Of a DNA stretch of 64,000 bases, positions 53,341 through 64,000 are shown one piece after another. The notes beneath the pieces are model-generated. The model was not told the DNA's origin. It saw nothing but the letters and a program-made list of their open reading frames with translations, and made no database searches. The stretch's first letter is position 1, and each line of letters opens with the position of its first letter. The stretch is from Catajapyx aquilonaris (Eukaryota), in assembly GCA_000934665.2 (NCBI GenBank), contig JYFJ02001665.1, positions 1 through 64,000 of the forward strand. Direction: 5' to 3'. The position numbers were made by a program, and so were the translations under genes.

Positions 53341-54633
53341 CTCTATTAAACGACTGTTTTGTTTATAAACAGCCATTTACGACCATGGTTCTTATGGCAT
53401 ATCGCGCGTATAATGTACTGTACGCACACATTGTGCTCTTACTGATATTACAACTTTGTGTATGGGTTCTTCTTCGTAACCATCATATATCAGTCTGGCA
53501 CTCTTATCTGAGTTATAGTGGCCAAACCATTTGCGTAATGCGGGTCACATTTCGGATAAGGGCACCTTTTTGTATTTTTAAAAAAATATTTTCGTATTTT
53601 ATATGCAATTTTATACAATTTATAAAGTTAATTTTACAGTTTTATATTTCAAAAAATACTGCATATTTTGCAATTTGAGTGAGCAGGCACGCGATGAAAA
53701 ATATACATTTAGGACTGACCCACCTTTCACAGTCTCATGACGGTGTGCCACTTCAGGTCGATTCCTAATTATGTGTTAGCCTTTTTAATAGTAATTTCAC
53801 ATATATCTATACCATCTAGGCGGGAGCTGCCTAACCCACGTGTGCTACCCGAAATAGCCACAATAGTGGTTCGCTGCATTAAATCGATTCGTACCCTTAA
53901 GTCCCTTATATAAATCGCAAGGTTACGGACCATTGGAGGAAATATGCATCGTGGCAGTGTGTAAAATTGATGACATTATTGGAACACGAAGGTCACGACT
54001 CAAACGGGGACCCATACTCTACTAGTCAGAATTTATAAGAGCTTGTATATTACGATGATGTCCCACTTGTAATTCACGTGACAGGAAAATCCTGCTCTGA
54101 CTGCCACGATATACCATTATCGAATTGCATTACGAGGCTAGCCAAGTTACGCGAGATTACAGGCCCCACTTTACACTATACAATCCATTTCGGTACCTCA
54201 TATTCAGCATGCCAACACTCTAATGATTGGGAGCGCACCATATAAGTTGTTATAAAGAAACAATGTCTTAATATTTTATAGGTTTTTCTTATGTGCTATA
54301 AGCAGTACCATAAAACTTACTATCTATTGTGTAACTCATGTTGTGACATCAATACTAATCAGTCAAACTGACACATGTGGCTGACAAATAGATCATTGTT
54401 TCGTATACCAGACCTTTCTTCTATACACCTCATGCCAATTATCGGGACCTCTACAGTAGCCTACCGGTAGGGCGGTAGGCCTTTACTTACACAGGGTGAC
54501 CCGAAATAATTGTTCAATTGCTGGGACGATTTTTTGCACTAATCTGTTATTAGTAAGCAGTATGTTACTATTGCGGCATAGTTACTTTTAGTGGTTGCGA
54601 AAAGTATTAGATGCTACCGAATTGAATCATATA

Positions 54634-55194
54634 CAGTTGACTCCGGATATAACACTTAACAGCCTCGGTTATAACAAACTCGACAGGCCGAGCCCAGCAT
54701 ACTTCCATAAGGCCATGTGTATTTTTACTCCTGATATAACAGACTCATTTTTATCTCACGTCGGCTATAAGCCTAGATAACAGATCATTTCTTGGCCCCT
54801 CGGGGGCTGTTTTTGATTACTCAGCTTCCTTTCTCGCGAGCAGGAAGGCAGAGAATATTGGAAGAGGGTGATTTTCTCATCTTTCACTGATCTAAGCTAC
54901 TCAAAATCATACTTTTTCTGGTATATTTGGCAACAAGATGGCAGAAGAAAATTACTGATTTTTTTGGTCCTGCCCACGTGGTCCTGCCTATAATTTACCG
55001 GTGAGCTAAAGATGTTTGCACTTTTGTGGATAGTTTCATTAATATATGAAATAGTGTGCATTTTATGCATATGGAAAGCAGAAAACTTTGTGCAGCCTAT
55101 TCGTTGAAAATGTGTCCATTTGGTTATAACAAACCTAGGTTATAACTTCCTTTTTCCACGGTCCCTTGAAGTCTGTTATATCCGGAGTCAAGTG
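54634..55194. mobile_element. pogo/Tigger-like MITE with TA TSD
   Basis: ta|cagttgactccggatataac ... gttatatccggagtcaagtg|ta; internal ggttataac repeats. Confidence 0.8.
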
Positions 55195-55280
55195 TATATG
55201 ACGATCTCGGGAATGAACGATGAAGATCCACGTCAGGTGATATTAATGAGGTTGGCCCAGCATTGCCTTTCAACCTCCAA

Positions 55281-55459
55281 GGATAGGGAAGGAAGGAAGC
55301 GGCTGTGGCCTATTATACGGAAGCGACCCCGGAATTATCCTAGAAAGACCGTGGAAAACCACAGAAAACCACGGTCAGGGTTGCCGGCCCCGGGATTCGA
55401 ACCCAGGACCTCCCGATTAGCAGTCGGACGCCCTATCCACTATGCCAACCTGGTTCGGT
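55281..55459 (-). mobile_element. tRNA-derived SINE, family A, 3'-truncated
   Basis: Reverse complement of the 5' ~180 bp of the copies at 13430 and 41315. Confidence 0.85.
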
Positions 55460-58171
55460 CGTCAGGTGAAACTGAGATATTCCAATTTTAAATTTCGAAG
55501 GCCCATAAGGTTTCATTGTAAATCCCACTTTCGGGGCCTTCCATTGTGACCTATGATCATTACTCCACAACCACGACCAAACCATCATATATAATATTAA
55601 TTATTCTGCACTAGTGAAACTATCTTCTGGCCTAAGGCCAAATCATTTTTGACAAAAAGTGAATCTTGATCGTTCTTCTCCCGATGTCTTCATATCCAAA
55701 GCTGTGAATTACAACGAATTTCCGATTGCAAAATGGCCAAATGGAGCATCAAATAAAAGTGAAGGTTAAAATCCATTTTTGCGAAACGGGCAATGAGGCA
55801 ATGATGTCCTCTCACATCAAGAATAATACGATAACACCCCGGGAGAGTAACTCGTCCGTTCACAAACCCTCGCAACTTGCAGTACAAAGGGTGTTTTGCC
55901 ACGACAATAAAACATACTCAGTAATACGTATGTAGTGCTTTAGTGATGCGCTGTGCAATACGTCATCATAATATAGCAGGTACGTGTCTCCTCAATATTC
56001 ATCATACCTTTCAGTCTAACCAAGAGCTTGGTGTAACTGACAGACGTAGCGTGATGAAACAAACATGCGGGAACATCTGCGAACAGATGCGAGAGGCGGG
56101 GATAAACGTATTGTGCATCACCAACATATTCCGCAACTGTACTATTGCAAAGGAATGCACCTGTTGCCTCTAATACGGTCACGAATATAATTATAATATA
56201 TTGGTCTGATTGTCTTTGAAACACATCAATCCGTGGCTGTGTTTCCTGCATAATTATATCTTATGAAAATTACTCATTCAAATTTTTGTCCTGTACCGAT
56301 TGAATGATCGTTTATGATGAGATTATATTTGATTGTTGCGAATTTTTAGTTTCATCATTCTCTACGGAAACAAAATCCGTCGTCCTCTGACCCCATTTTC
56401 TCTCGACAAGAACTTACAGTCACGAGACTCTCAGTCCGTCCTCCCACTAGTCCCACCCATGGGTCAATCAAGTGTTACTGCGTCTGATTATAAAGTGCAA
56501 AGTTGCATTGCTTTATAGGCTATACACGAGTCTATAAACGTGTCCCTGATAATGCAATGTTCATACTCTCTACATGCCGCGTGCTTATAAATGCAAACCA
56601 TGGGACTCATTATGCCTGAGATATGACCACTGTATACGGTCACTGATTTGACGTTACCTCCGCGTTTCCTAAATTAATACTTGTACAAGGTCGCTATGTC
56701 AGCATGAGGTCGGATATTATATTTTTGTAAATCTATTACATTGTGTAATTACAAGCACCAAGCGCATGTTATTCTTCTAATTACCCGCATTACTTCCTTC
56801 TTCAGGAAATAATTGTGCTAGCTTTCCACGGCAATTTTTAAAAACTCCATTTATATTTGGATACATACATATACCGTACGGTCGAAAACCTTATTATTAC
56901 CGTAGCCAGCAAATCAGCCACATACACGCACACATTGATCACACGTCGTGATTACAGTTCGATTACGGTAATGTCGTAACACTTGGCAATGCCGCGCACT
57001 CTCTTTCTTGCCCACAGATCAACTTGGCCAACTTGTTCCTCATCCTCTTTTTTTTTGTTTTGTTTTTTTTTTGTTTTTGACCACCCCTTACCAGCCAGAA
57101 CTGAAGGGGTTGAGGCGGGCCTACGACCAGGCCTTGCTTGGCCGGCTCAGAGATGGCGGTGAGGAGGTGCCCGCAGCCCGCAACCTGCCTGCCCGCCTGC
57201 CCTGCCGTGTGGTAGCCAGCAGTGAGCGAGTCTGCTTACGGACTCCTTATCGTTCATGTCGGGTTCTTCCCGACGTGTCCATGCAGCCGTATACACATCC
57301 GTGGACGAGCCGTGCAGGCATCGCTCAAAGGATGTTGGACCACTCCGAGGAGTATTATAGGCAATGTATGTTGCTGGCATGTGTGCTAGCATGCCTGGGT
57401 TTTTTTTGGGGGTGTTCCATGGTCAGTGAGGCGGGACCATTTCTGCTGGTTTTTATTGCGTACAGAAACAGAGCATGGTTTTAAACAGTTATTGTGGTCA
57501 GTTATTGGGGTGCAGTGTCACGCTGCCAGAGAGAGAGAAAGAGGTCCTAGCCGCACTGTTTGTATCGGATGTGTGTTACTGCAGGTCTGTTCGCAGCATT
57601 GTAGAAGTACCAACCAGCTTATGTAATTACAAATGTGATAACATTGTAGTATTTTAAAATTAGAAATGAGAAAGGCAGTGTTTCACATATTCTATTTAGA
57701 GCAGAACCGTACATACATTTTGGGGTCTGTAGGCGTATAGAACTGGTGCATGTTTTGCTTTTTAACGGCAAAGTCAACAGCAAAGCAAGACCACGCATGT
57801 TAATGCTATGGGCCATTGCAAAACAGTTTTTTTACCCCAGATGTTCCTGTGACTCTTAGTAACATTGGCATGTTTCTTGTTTGCATTGTGACCCTGGCTT
57901 TGGAAACCACTAATTTAGTAAAGTGTAAAATATCGCAGCAGCATGATCCGTCATATATGACACAGCCAGTGGCTTTTGCAGTGAAAGAAGGCCATTTTCG
58001 TTGTAGGTTTGCCTTTCATCATGACTTGACTTCTGAGTGGAATATTCCGTAACGGATTTGCTACTTAATGGATTTATCGGTGAGTACAAATTTACTTATT
58101 ATTTGCTGAATCATATTTTATATTCGTGACTGCATGAAGCAGGAAATATGAGACTTACCAATATACATTTG

Positions 58172-58503
58172 CACTGGACTCCCGTTTATTCGTGAGTGGA
58201 TTATCTGTACATCGGCAAAAAAAAAAAGTTAGATATGAAGATCCAAAAGAAAATCAATGTTTTGCCAAGAAACATAACATACTTTTTTTCAGAAGACAAA
58301 TAAATTATAAATATATATGGTAAGTTTTATTTTGTTTAAACTTTATCTAATGCTGCATACAGTATGTACGGTACCGGTAGTTTATTAAAAACCTCTGGAT
58401 AGCCAATTTTTACTCTACCTACGACCATTTCTGGATTATCAATGTTTTCCTGTTTTCCGGCACACCCGTGCATTCATTAGCACAGATAACCAGGAGTGCA
58501 GTG
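58172..58503. mobile_element. Degraded Tigger-like MITE
   Basis: Imperfect TIR cactggactcccgtttattcgtg / cacagataaccaggagtgcagtg. Confidence 0.45.
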
Positions 58504-58926
58504 CATCAGATTTCTTTTTAATAGCCCAGGAAATTACATAGCAAAATGATTGAAAGAATTAATAGTTGTCAACTAAATTTAAATGATGTGCAAATAGTTG
58601 CAATAAGGTGACTTCTTTAGAGGGTGCTAAAACTTGATCTGAGGCAACATGAGGGCACTATTATTACTGCAAGGGAGGCGGGCAAATGTGATATTATGCT
58701 CCACCGAGTGCAGAGGAAATTGATATGCAATCAGACTTGTGGTATGAAACAGGCACTGTCCAGCCGCAGGGGAGTTGTGCTAGTGTGAGGAGTTCCTTTA
58801 CCAGAATTCTAATGGCTAGCGAGATGGGTGAGCAGTTGTGTACCTCTTTCCATTTTGCATTTAGTTTTGAACCAGACTACATGTCATGTTAAGGGAGTTG
58901 ATGCAAGTGATTCACAATGTTCAATA

Positions 58927-59072
58927 GTATCAACAGTCCAAAAAGAATTGTTCCTCGCGTCGAGCGGGCAGCCACGCGTCAGGATGAAAGGAACCAGTTA
59001 ACTGGTTGCTTTCATCCTGACGCGTGGCTGCCCGCTCGACGTGAGGGACAATTCTTTTTGGACTGATGATAC
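58927..59072. repeat. 146-bp spacerless near-perfect palindrome
   Basis: Centred on aaccagtt|aactggtt at 58999/59000; 73-bp arms with 4 non-complementary positions. Confidence 0.93.
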
Positions 59073-59310
59073 ATGTCACTTATTCTGGAGGCTTACCTAG
59101 CAGCATTACGTAAGTGAAGGATGCAGCAGGTACAGTTATTTCCTGTTAATAATTTTTGAGTTGGAAACCCGCATAGGTATCGGCCAGGGCTTAGTGTAGT
59201 ACAGTTGGCATTATTAAATTAAATTAATCTGTCAAAAAAAAATCTGCTGATGGTATCCTGGTGCTATGCAACTGGCAGCATCTGTCAAGGTGAATGTTGG
59301 GGGGGAGGAC

Positions 59311-59314
<4 letters not shown>

Positions 59315-59348
<34 letters not shown>
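59315..59348. repeat. (GA)n microsatellite
   Basis: Directly visible. Confidence 0.9.
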
Positions 59349-59352
<4 letters not shown>

Positions 59353-59668
59353 CTAAGGTTGTGTAATGCTTTGAGGGTGATATTGTATACTAGGCCTATA
59401 TATACAACTAAGAATCCTTGGTTTGAGTCAGGGAGATGCACCTTTCATTCAGAATTGCATGTTTACTGAATAAATAACAAATTTTTCATTGCCACTGTTT
59501 TGTTACGACTTGGAAGTAGGGTGACATGTGAAGCCGAACCATCACCTTTCCACGTCCTGGTGTGTCACACTGGCGTCTTCCCACACATACTAGTGTGGCT
59601 TTATTAAATGGATGACCCCTTTGTACAGTGAGAAAAATAAATACATCCACAGTCACATCCAGTATATA

Positions 59669-59910
59669 TAGGGTGTTAATCCTAAGCATGTCACCAGAAA
59701 AGGTGGTGGTAGAGGGCGCAGGTGTGAGCATTTGTGCATAAGGAACTAGGGGTCGGAAACGCACCCTCACCGAGTTACGCCCCTTTCAAGTTTGCGGCAG
59801 GCAGTGTGCAAGAGGCGTGCGGCACGTGGCAGAGTGACTCGGTGAGGGTGCTCACACCTGCGCCCTCTACCACCACCTTTTCTGGTGACACGCTTAGGAT
59901 TAACACCCTG
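59669..59910. mobile_element. Tc1/mariner-type MITE with TA TSD
   Basis: ~61-bp TIR agggtgttaatcctaagc(a/g)tgtcaccagaaaaggtggtggtagagggcgcaggtgtgagca at 59670-59730 and inverted at 59849-59909; second inner IR 59761-59777/59835-59851. Confidence 0.88.
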
Positions 59911-61598
59911 TATAAAGTCATGTAATAAATTGCCATGTTACAAAAAACTGCACATAATTAGGAAAGAGCATCACAAAATGTTACACATTAACCTCACACA
60001 AAACAAAAATAACATAACAAAGAAAACATAGTACTAGAGCATGATTAACTAGCACACCCCTCCAATGGCTATGCTCAATTACCCTCAACCCAGTTCCCTG
60101 GAAAAATGCTACAGTAGTATTTTTATCCATTAAAAAACCCATGTACAGTCATACCTTGCTCTATGATGTTTTGAATTCTGGTACTTTGCTAATACAATGC
60201 TTTCCAGTTATGTTTCCTTTTATTATGTTTGGCGTTTGCCTTTCTTTTATGCCACAATATGTACACTATTTTTATTTTTACATCATTTTTTGTCATAAAG
60301 CTATTGCGCACTTAATCTGAATTTTAACTTATATTGAATACTGCCAAATGCTTTACCGGGGAGTGGAAAAAGGAATTTCAGATTAAAATTGAAGTATAAA
60401 TGTGAACTCATGCTCCTTGATAAAAATTAAACCTTGCTCTGAGAGTGAGAGGATTGTCTCATTTTATTGAAAACGTTTTTAAGTGACTGGTGGAAGAGAA
60501 AGGCCTGCATGGATGTATTCCCGATATTATACTCTCAGAAGATATTATTGTTCTACTTCATGTGTATCGGCCATGTAAAATGTTGACAAAACCCTACTGT
60601 ATACCAGCATGCCATGCAGTTGTGCTATTTTTTACAATCTGGTCAACTCCATTTTTTACTGGCATGCCACTTTTTTGCCATAATATAGTAGTAGTTTTTG
60701 CACCAACAACAACCTGTTTCAACTTCAACAGTTGCTTCATATTGTATTCTTTTTGCCAGATTTTACAGTATTTCATATCGAGTTTAGACCATTTTCAGTA
60801 CTTGTATGGATTAAATAGGCTGTTGACATCAGTCAGGAATTTATCCCGAGCATAATTTTATTGTTTCTTATCTTTATTGTTATGTGGTAATCAGAGATGG
60901 TTATGACTATCTATACAATAATGCTGTAGAAGTTGGAGGTCATTATCATCCTGGCACAGCTTGCTAAGCATAACCTATTATGATAACTGCATTATTCAGC
61001 TTAATCTGTGCATAAGCAGGATCATCTTCTTCTTCTTCTTCACGGCGTTTCCCAAACAGATATGGGGTTGCCAGCGGATATTGAGGGGGAGGTCCTCAAT
61101 ATCCTCGTATGACCAAATACATATACAAAAAAAATCTGAAGCAGGATGATGATGGAATAATCGTGCAGCCTCTGTGGGTTTTTTTCAATTGCATTTATCA
61201 CTCACTCTTTAACAACTGCTGAGAAATATACTTTTTGCTGCTTAACCAAGATGGACTTGAAGCCCTGTAAGCTGTCACCTTTGGGATCATAATGTTTCCT
61301 ATGTTTTATAACTGACCATCAACATTTTCTATCCTAACACAACACTGACTGATTTGGCATGGCAAACTTGAATTAAGGAAAACTTGCATTCTTTATGGTG
61401 GATCCTCATAACCCTCTTCTCTATCAGCACCCTGATTCATCACATTTGACTGTGCGCCTCTAAAATTGATGGCTGTATGGACCTGTGCTACCACCTATTG
61501 TCCAAACACTTTTCTGGAAGATTGCACATATCACATAAATATAAACTCTTTCTCCCTATATCTTTTCAGAAAAGACTCAGGTGAACAGGACGGGTGCA

Positions 61599-64000
61599 AT
61601 GCGCAAACGACACTTTATTTTCTTGGTGGGTCTCTCTGTCTGTTCATGGGGCGTATTCACCTACTTCCTCTTTCTTCAAAACCCATCAGGAGTGAAACCT
61701 GACGATGTGAGTATATGTCAGTCAATCAATTTTTCAATCTATTTTATTTTAACCTCCCTACATAAGCATAGGGAGGGAGATGTGAGTATATGTTAACATA
61801 AAGAAGTGTTCATGACCTTCTGACGGGAATCTCTCCCACTGCTGCTAATTAGAATTATTAATATGCATATGGGATCTATTATTTAACTAGCTGAATGAAA
61901 TTTCTTCCTCAATTTGACACATTTTAAGCATCTGAGAAAGCCATTCTATTTGGAATGTACATTTAACCATCTTTCCATGTCTTTGGTGTTGAGACATGAC
62001 CATGAAGTTTTGAATTTCTGGCCTGTACTGTACATGTAAAGGGATGGTTGCAGTGTTTTAAGTGAATTTCCAGTATGCCCTGTCACTTTCTCCTTGCTTC
62101 ATTATTTCATGACACTTGCATTCTCATAGCTTACTGTCAGAGGACTCACAATATGTGAGAATGGTCCCAGTGCTATTGCCTGAATGAATAAGTCAAGTCA
62201 TCTACACATCTCTTTGCTCCCAAGTTTACTCCAGTGTGCAAAACAATAATGTTGTGGATTTATCTTTTTCTCACAGAAAGCCCTTTCCCTGTACAACCAC
62301 CTCAACAAGTTGGAGCAAGATCTGAAGGTTCAGATGCAGATGAATAAAGCCCTATTAAGTAACTTGCAGCAATTGAAAACTAAGTCGTGTATGTATTGCA
62401 TTATGCTTAGAATATTTTTAAAGCAATGTGAGTTGAATTTCCAACTGCTTTTCAGTGACCAAATCCATGTACCAGATGCTGCTGGATTCAGTCAACAGGC
62501 CTGATGGTGACAATAAGAGAGAGACGAAGGGTGTTTTATCTCTTGAGCGGGATGCCTCAGAGGTCAGGTGTTTGTTTAGGTTCCGCAAGGAACCCTATTA
62601 AGACTTATAGTATTTACAGGCAGCTGAGGCAGATGGAACTCCTGGAGCTGTTGAGCCTGTGATAGCTGTTCTGATGTTGGCTTGTAACAGAGTGACTGTG
62701 AAACGAGCTCTTGATCGTCTGCTGCAGTTCCGACCCTCTGCAGCCCAATTCCCCATAGTTGTCAGCCAGGATTGTGGACATGTCAACACAGCACAAGTTA
62801 TTCGAGCATATGGAGATCAGCTTGTTCACATTCAGGTGAGCGAATCAGCAGCGTTACTACCATTCTATGGAATAAAGGCACATCTGCATATTGCAATAAG
62901 GTCATGTTTTCCTTCAAGTTTCTTGGCCTCATTTCCCTTCTTGCAATGTGCAAAAATGTACCTTTAAAAAAAAGTCAGATGGCCGATTTCTCCAAGCTCA
63001 GCCCTTCGATTTAATTCTTTTGCAGCAACCAGACTTGAGTGACATCACTGTTCCGCCTAAAGAAAAGAAGTTCAAGGGGTATTTTAAGATATCACGTCAT
63101 TATGCCTGGGCTTTGAATCAAACTTTTCACAGATTTAACTATGACACTGTCATTATAGTGGAGGGTAAGTTTATGGTACTGTTCATGTATAAGGGAAACT
63201 ATCACCTCTTGTTTTTTTTAGATGACCTGGATGTTGCTACAGATTTTTTTGAATATTTCTTGGGCACTTACTCAATTTTGAAGAGTGATCCCACACTGTG
63301 GTGTGTGTCTGCATGGAATGACAATGGGAAGGCAAGTCTTATTGATGAAAACCAGCCTGAGCTCTTGTATCGCACAGATTTCTTTCCTGGATTGGGTTGG
63401 ATGATGACAAAGACATTGTGGCTGGAACTTCAATCCAAGTGGCCCAAAGCGTGAGTACTGTGTTTTTTGTGATGCACTGCAATTCAAAGGCTAACAGTTA
63501 GCTCCACATAGTTACTGGGATGATTGGATGAGGCAACCAGAGCAGAGGAGAGATCGAGCGTGCATTCGACCAGAGGTCTCCAGAACTAAGACTTTTGGAA
63601 AGATAGGAGTTAGCAAGTAAGTTGCCCTTGCCACCTTCATTAAAACACATTGAGGATGCTTCGTAACATCCGGCTTTCAACATCAAGGATGTGACCACAG
63701 GTATATGATTGTGAGGGGGTCAAGTTTGGATTAAAAACTTCCCATTAACTATTCTCCACTTGGGTTGTAATCTATTGCATTTGCATAAAACTTTTCTGTG
63801 TGTTGCCATGAGAAGCATAATCATCACACTTATTTTTACAGTGGCCTCTTTTATGATAAGCATTTAAAGTACATAAAACTCAATGAGAAGCACGTGCCTT
63901 TCACCAAGAGAAATTTAACGTACCTCCTGAAGGTGAGTGGTGTTGTAGATTGGAGTGCAGAATTGCAAATTTAACTGGTTTGTTCCTTACAGGATAATTA
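61599..64000 (+). CDS. MGAT1: Alpha-1,3-mannosyl-glycoprotein 2-beta-N-acetylglucosaminyltransferase (GnT-I, GT13), 3'-truncated by the window end; exons 61599-61706, 62277-62388, 62456-62562, 62620-62835, 63026-63164, 63222-63450, 63512-63616, 63842-63932, 63993->64000
   Basis: Type II membrane anchor [12 protein letters not shown]..., [36 protein letters not shown] (EDD motif), [33 protein letters not shown] and GVSNG. Confidence 0.96.

Noticed and set aside
59060..59075. CTGATGA as a hammerhead ribozyme core (also ~11938, ~18292)
   Set aside because: No stem II plus GAAA with the correct geometry could be built.

Overview
Eukaryotic, intron-rich genomic window, probably from an invertebrate or arthropod. 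It holds five protein-coding genes, reconstructed by hand from GT-AG exon chains: (1) a secreted Gln/His/Pro-rich low-complexity protein (- strand, 2 coding exons, ~618 aa); (2) a 21-exon, somewhat divergent P5B-type ATPase of the ATP13A family (+, ~1243 aa); (3) an uncharacterised ~366-aa protein with four (W/M)G(R/Q)PGxG(A/G) motifs reminiscent of CSPP1-type microtubule/ciliary proteins (-); (4) cytoplasmic aspartyl-tRNA synthetase (-, 11 coding exons, 529 aa); (5) the 5' part of MGAT1/GnT-I (+, runs off the window). Introns and intergenic DNA are rich in non-autonomous mobile elements: several tRNA-derived SINE families (two with clear TSDs), a solo LTR with a 5-bp TSD nested in a SINE, Kolobok-, piggyBac-, Tc1/mariner-, pogo/Tigger-, hAT- and Mutator-like MITEs, a 1.7-kb foldback element with CAC termini, and two long near-perfect hairpins. 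I found no prokaryotic-type system and no CRISPR array. All family assignments come from motif recall, not database searches.
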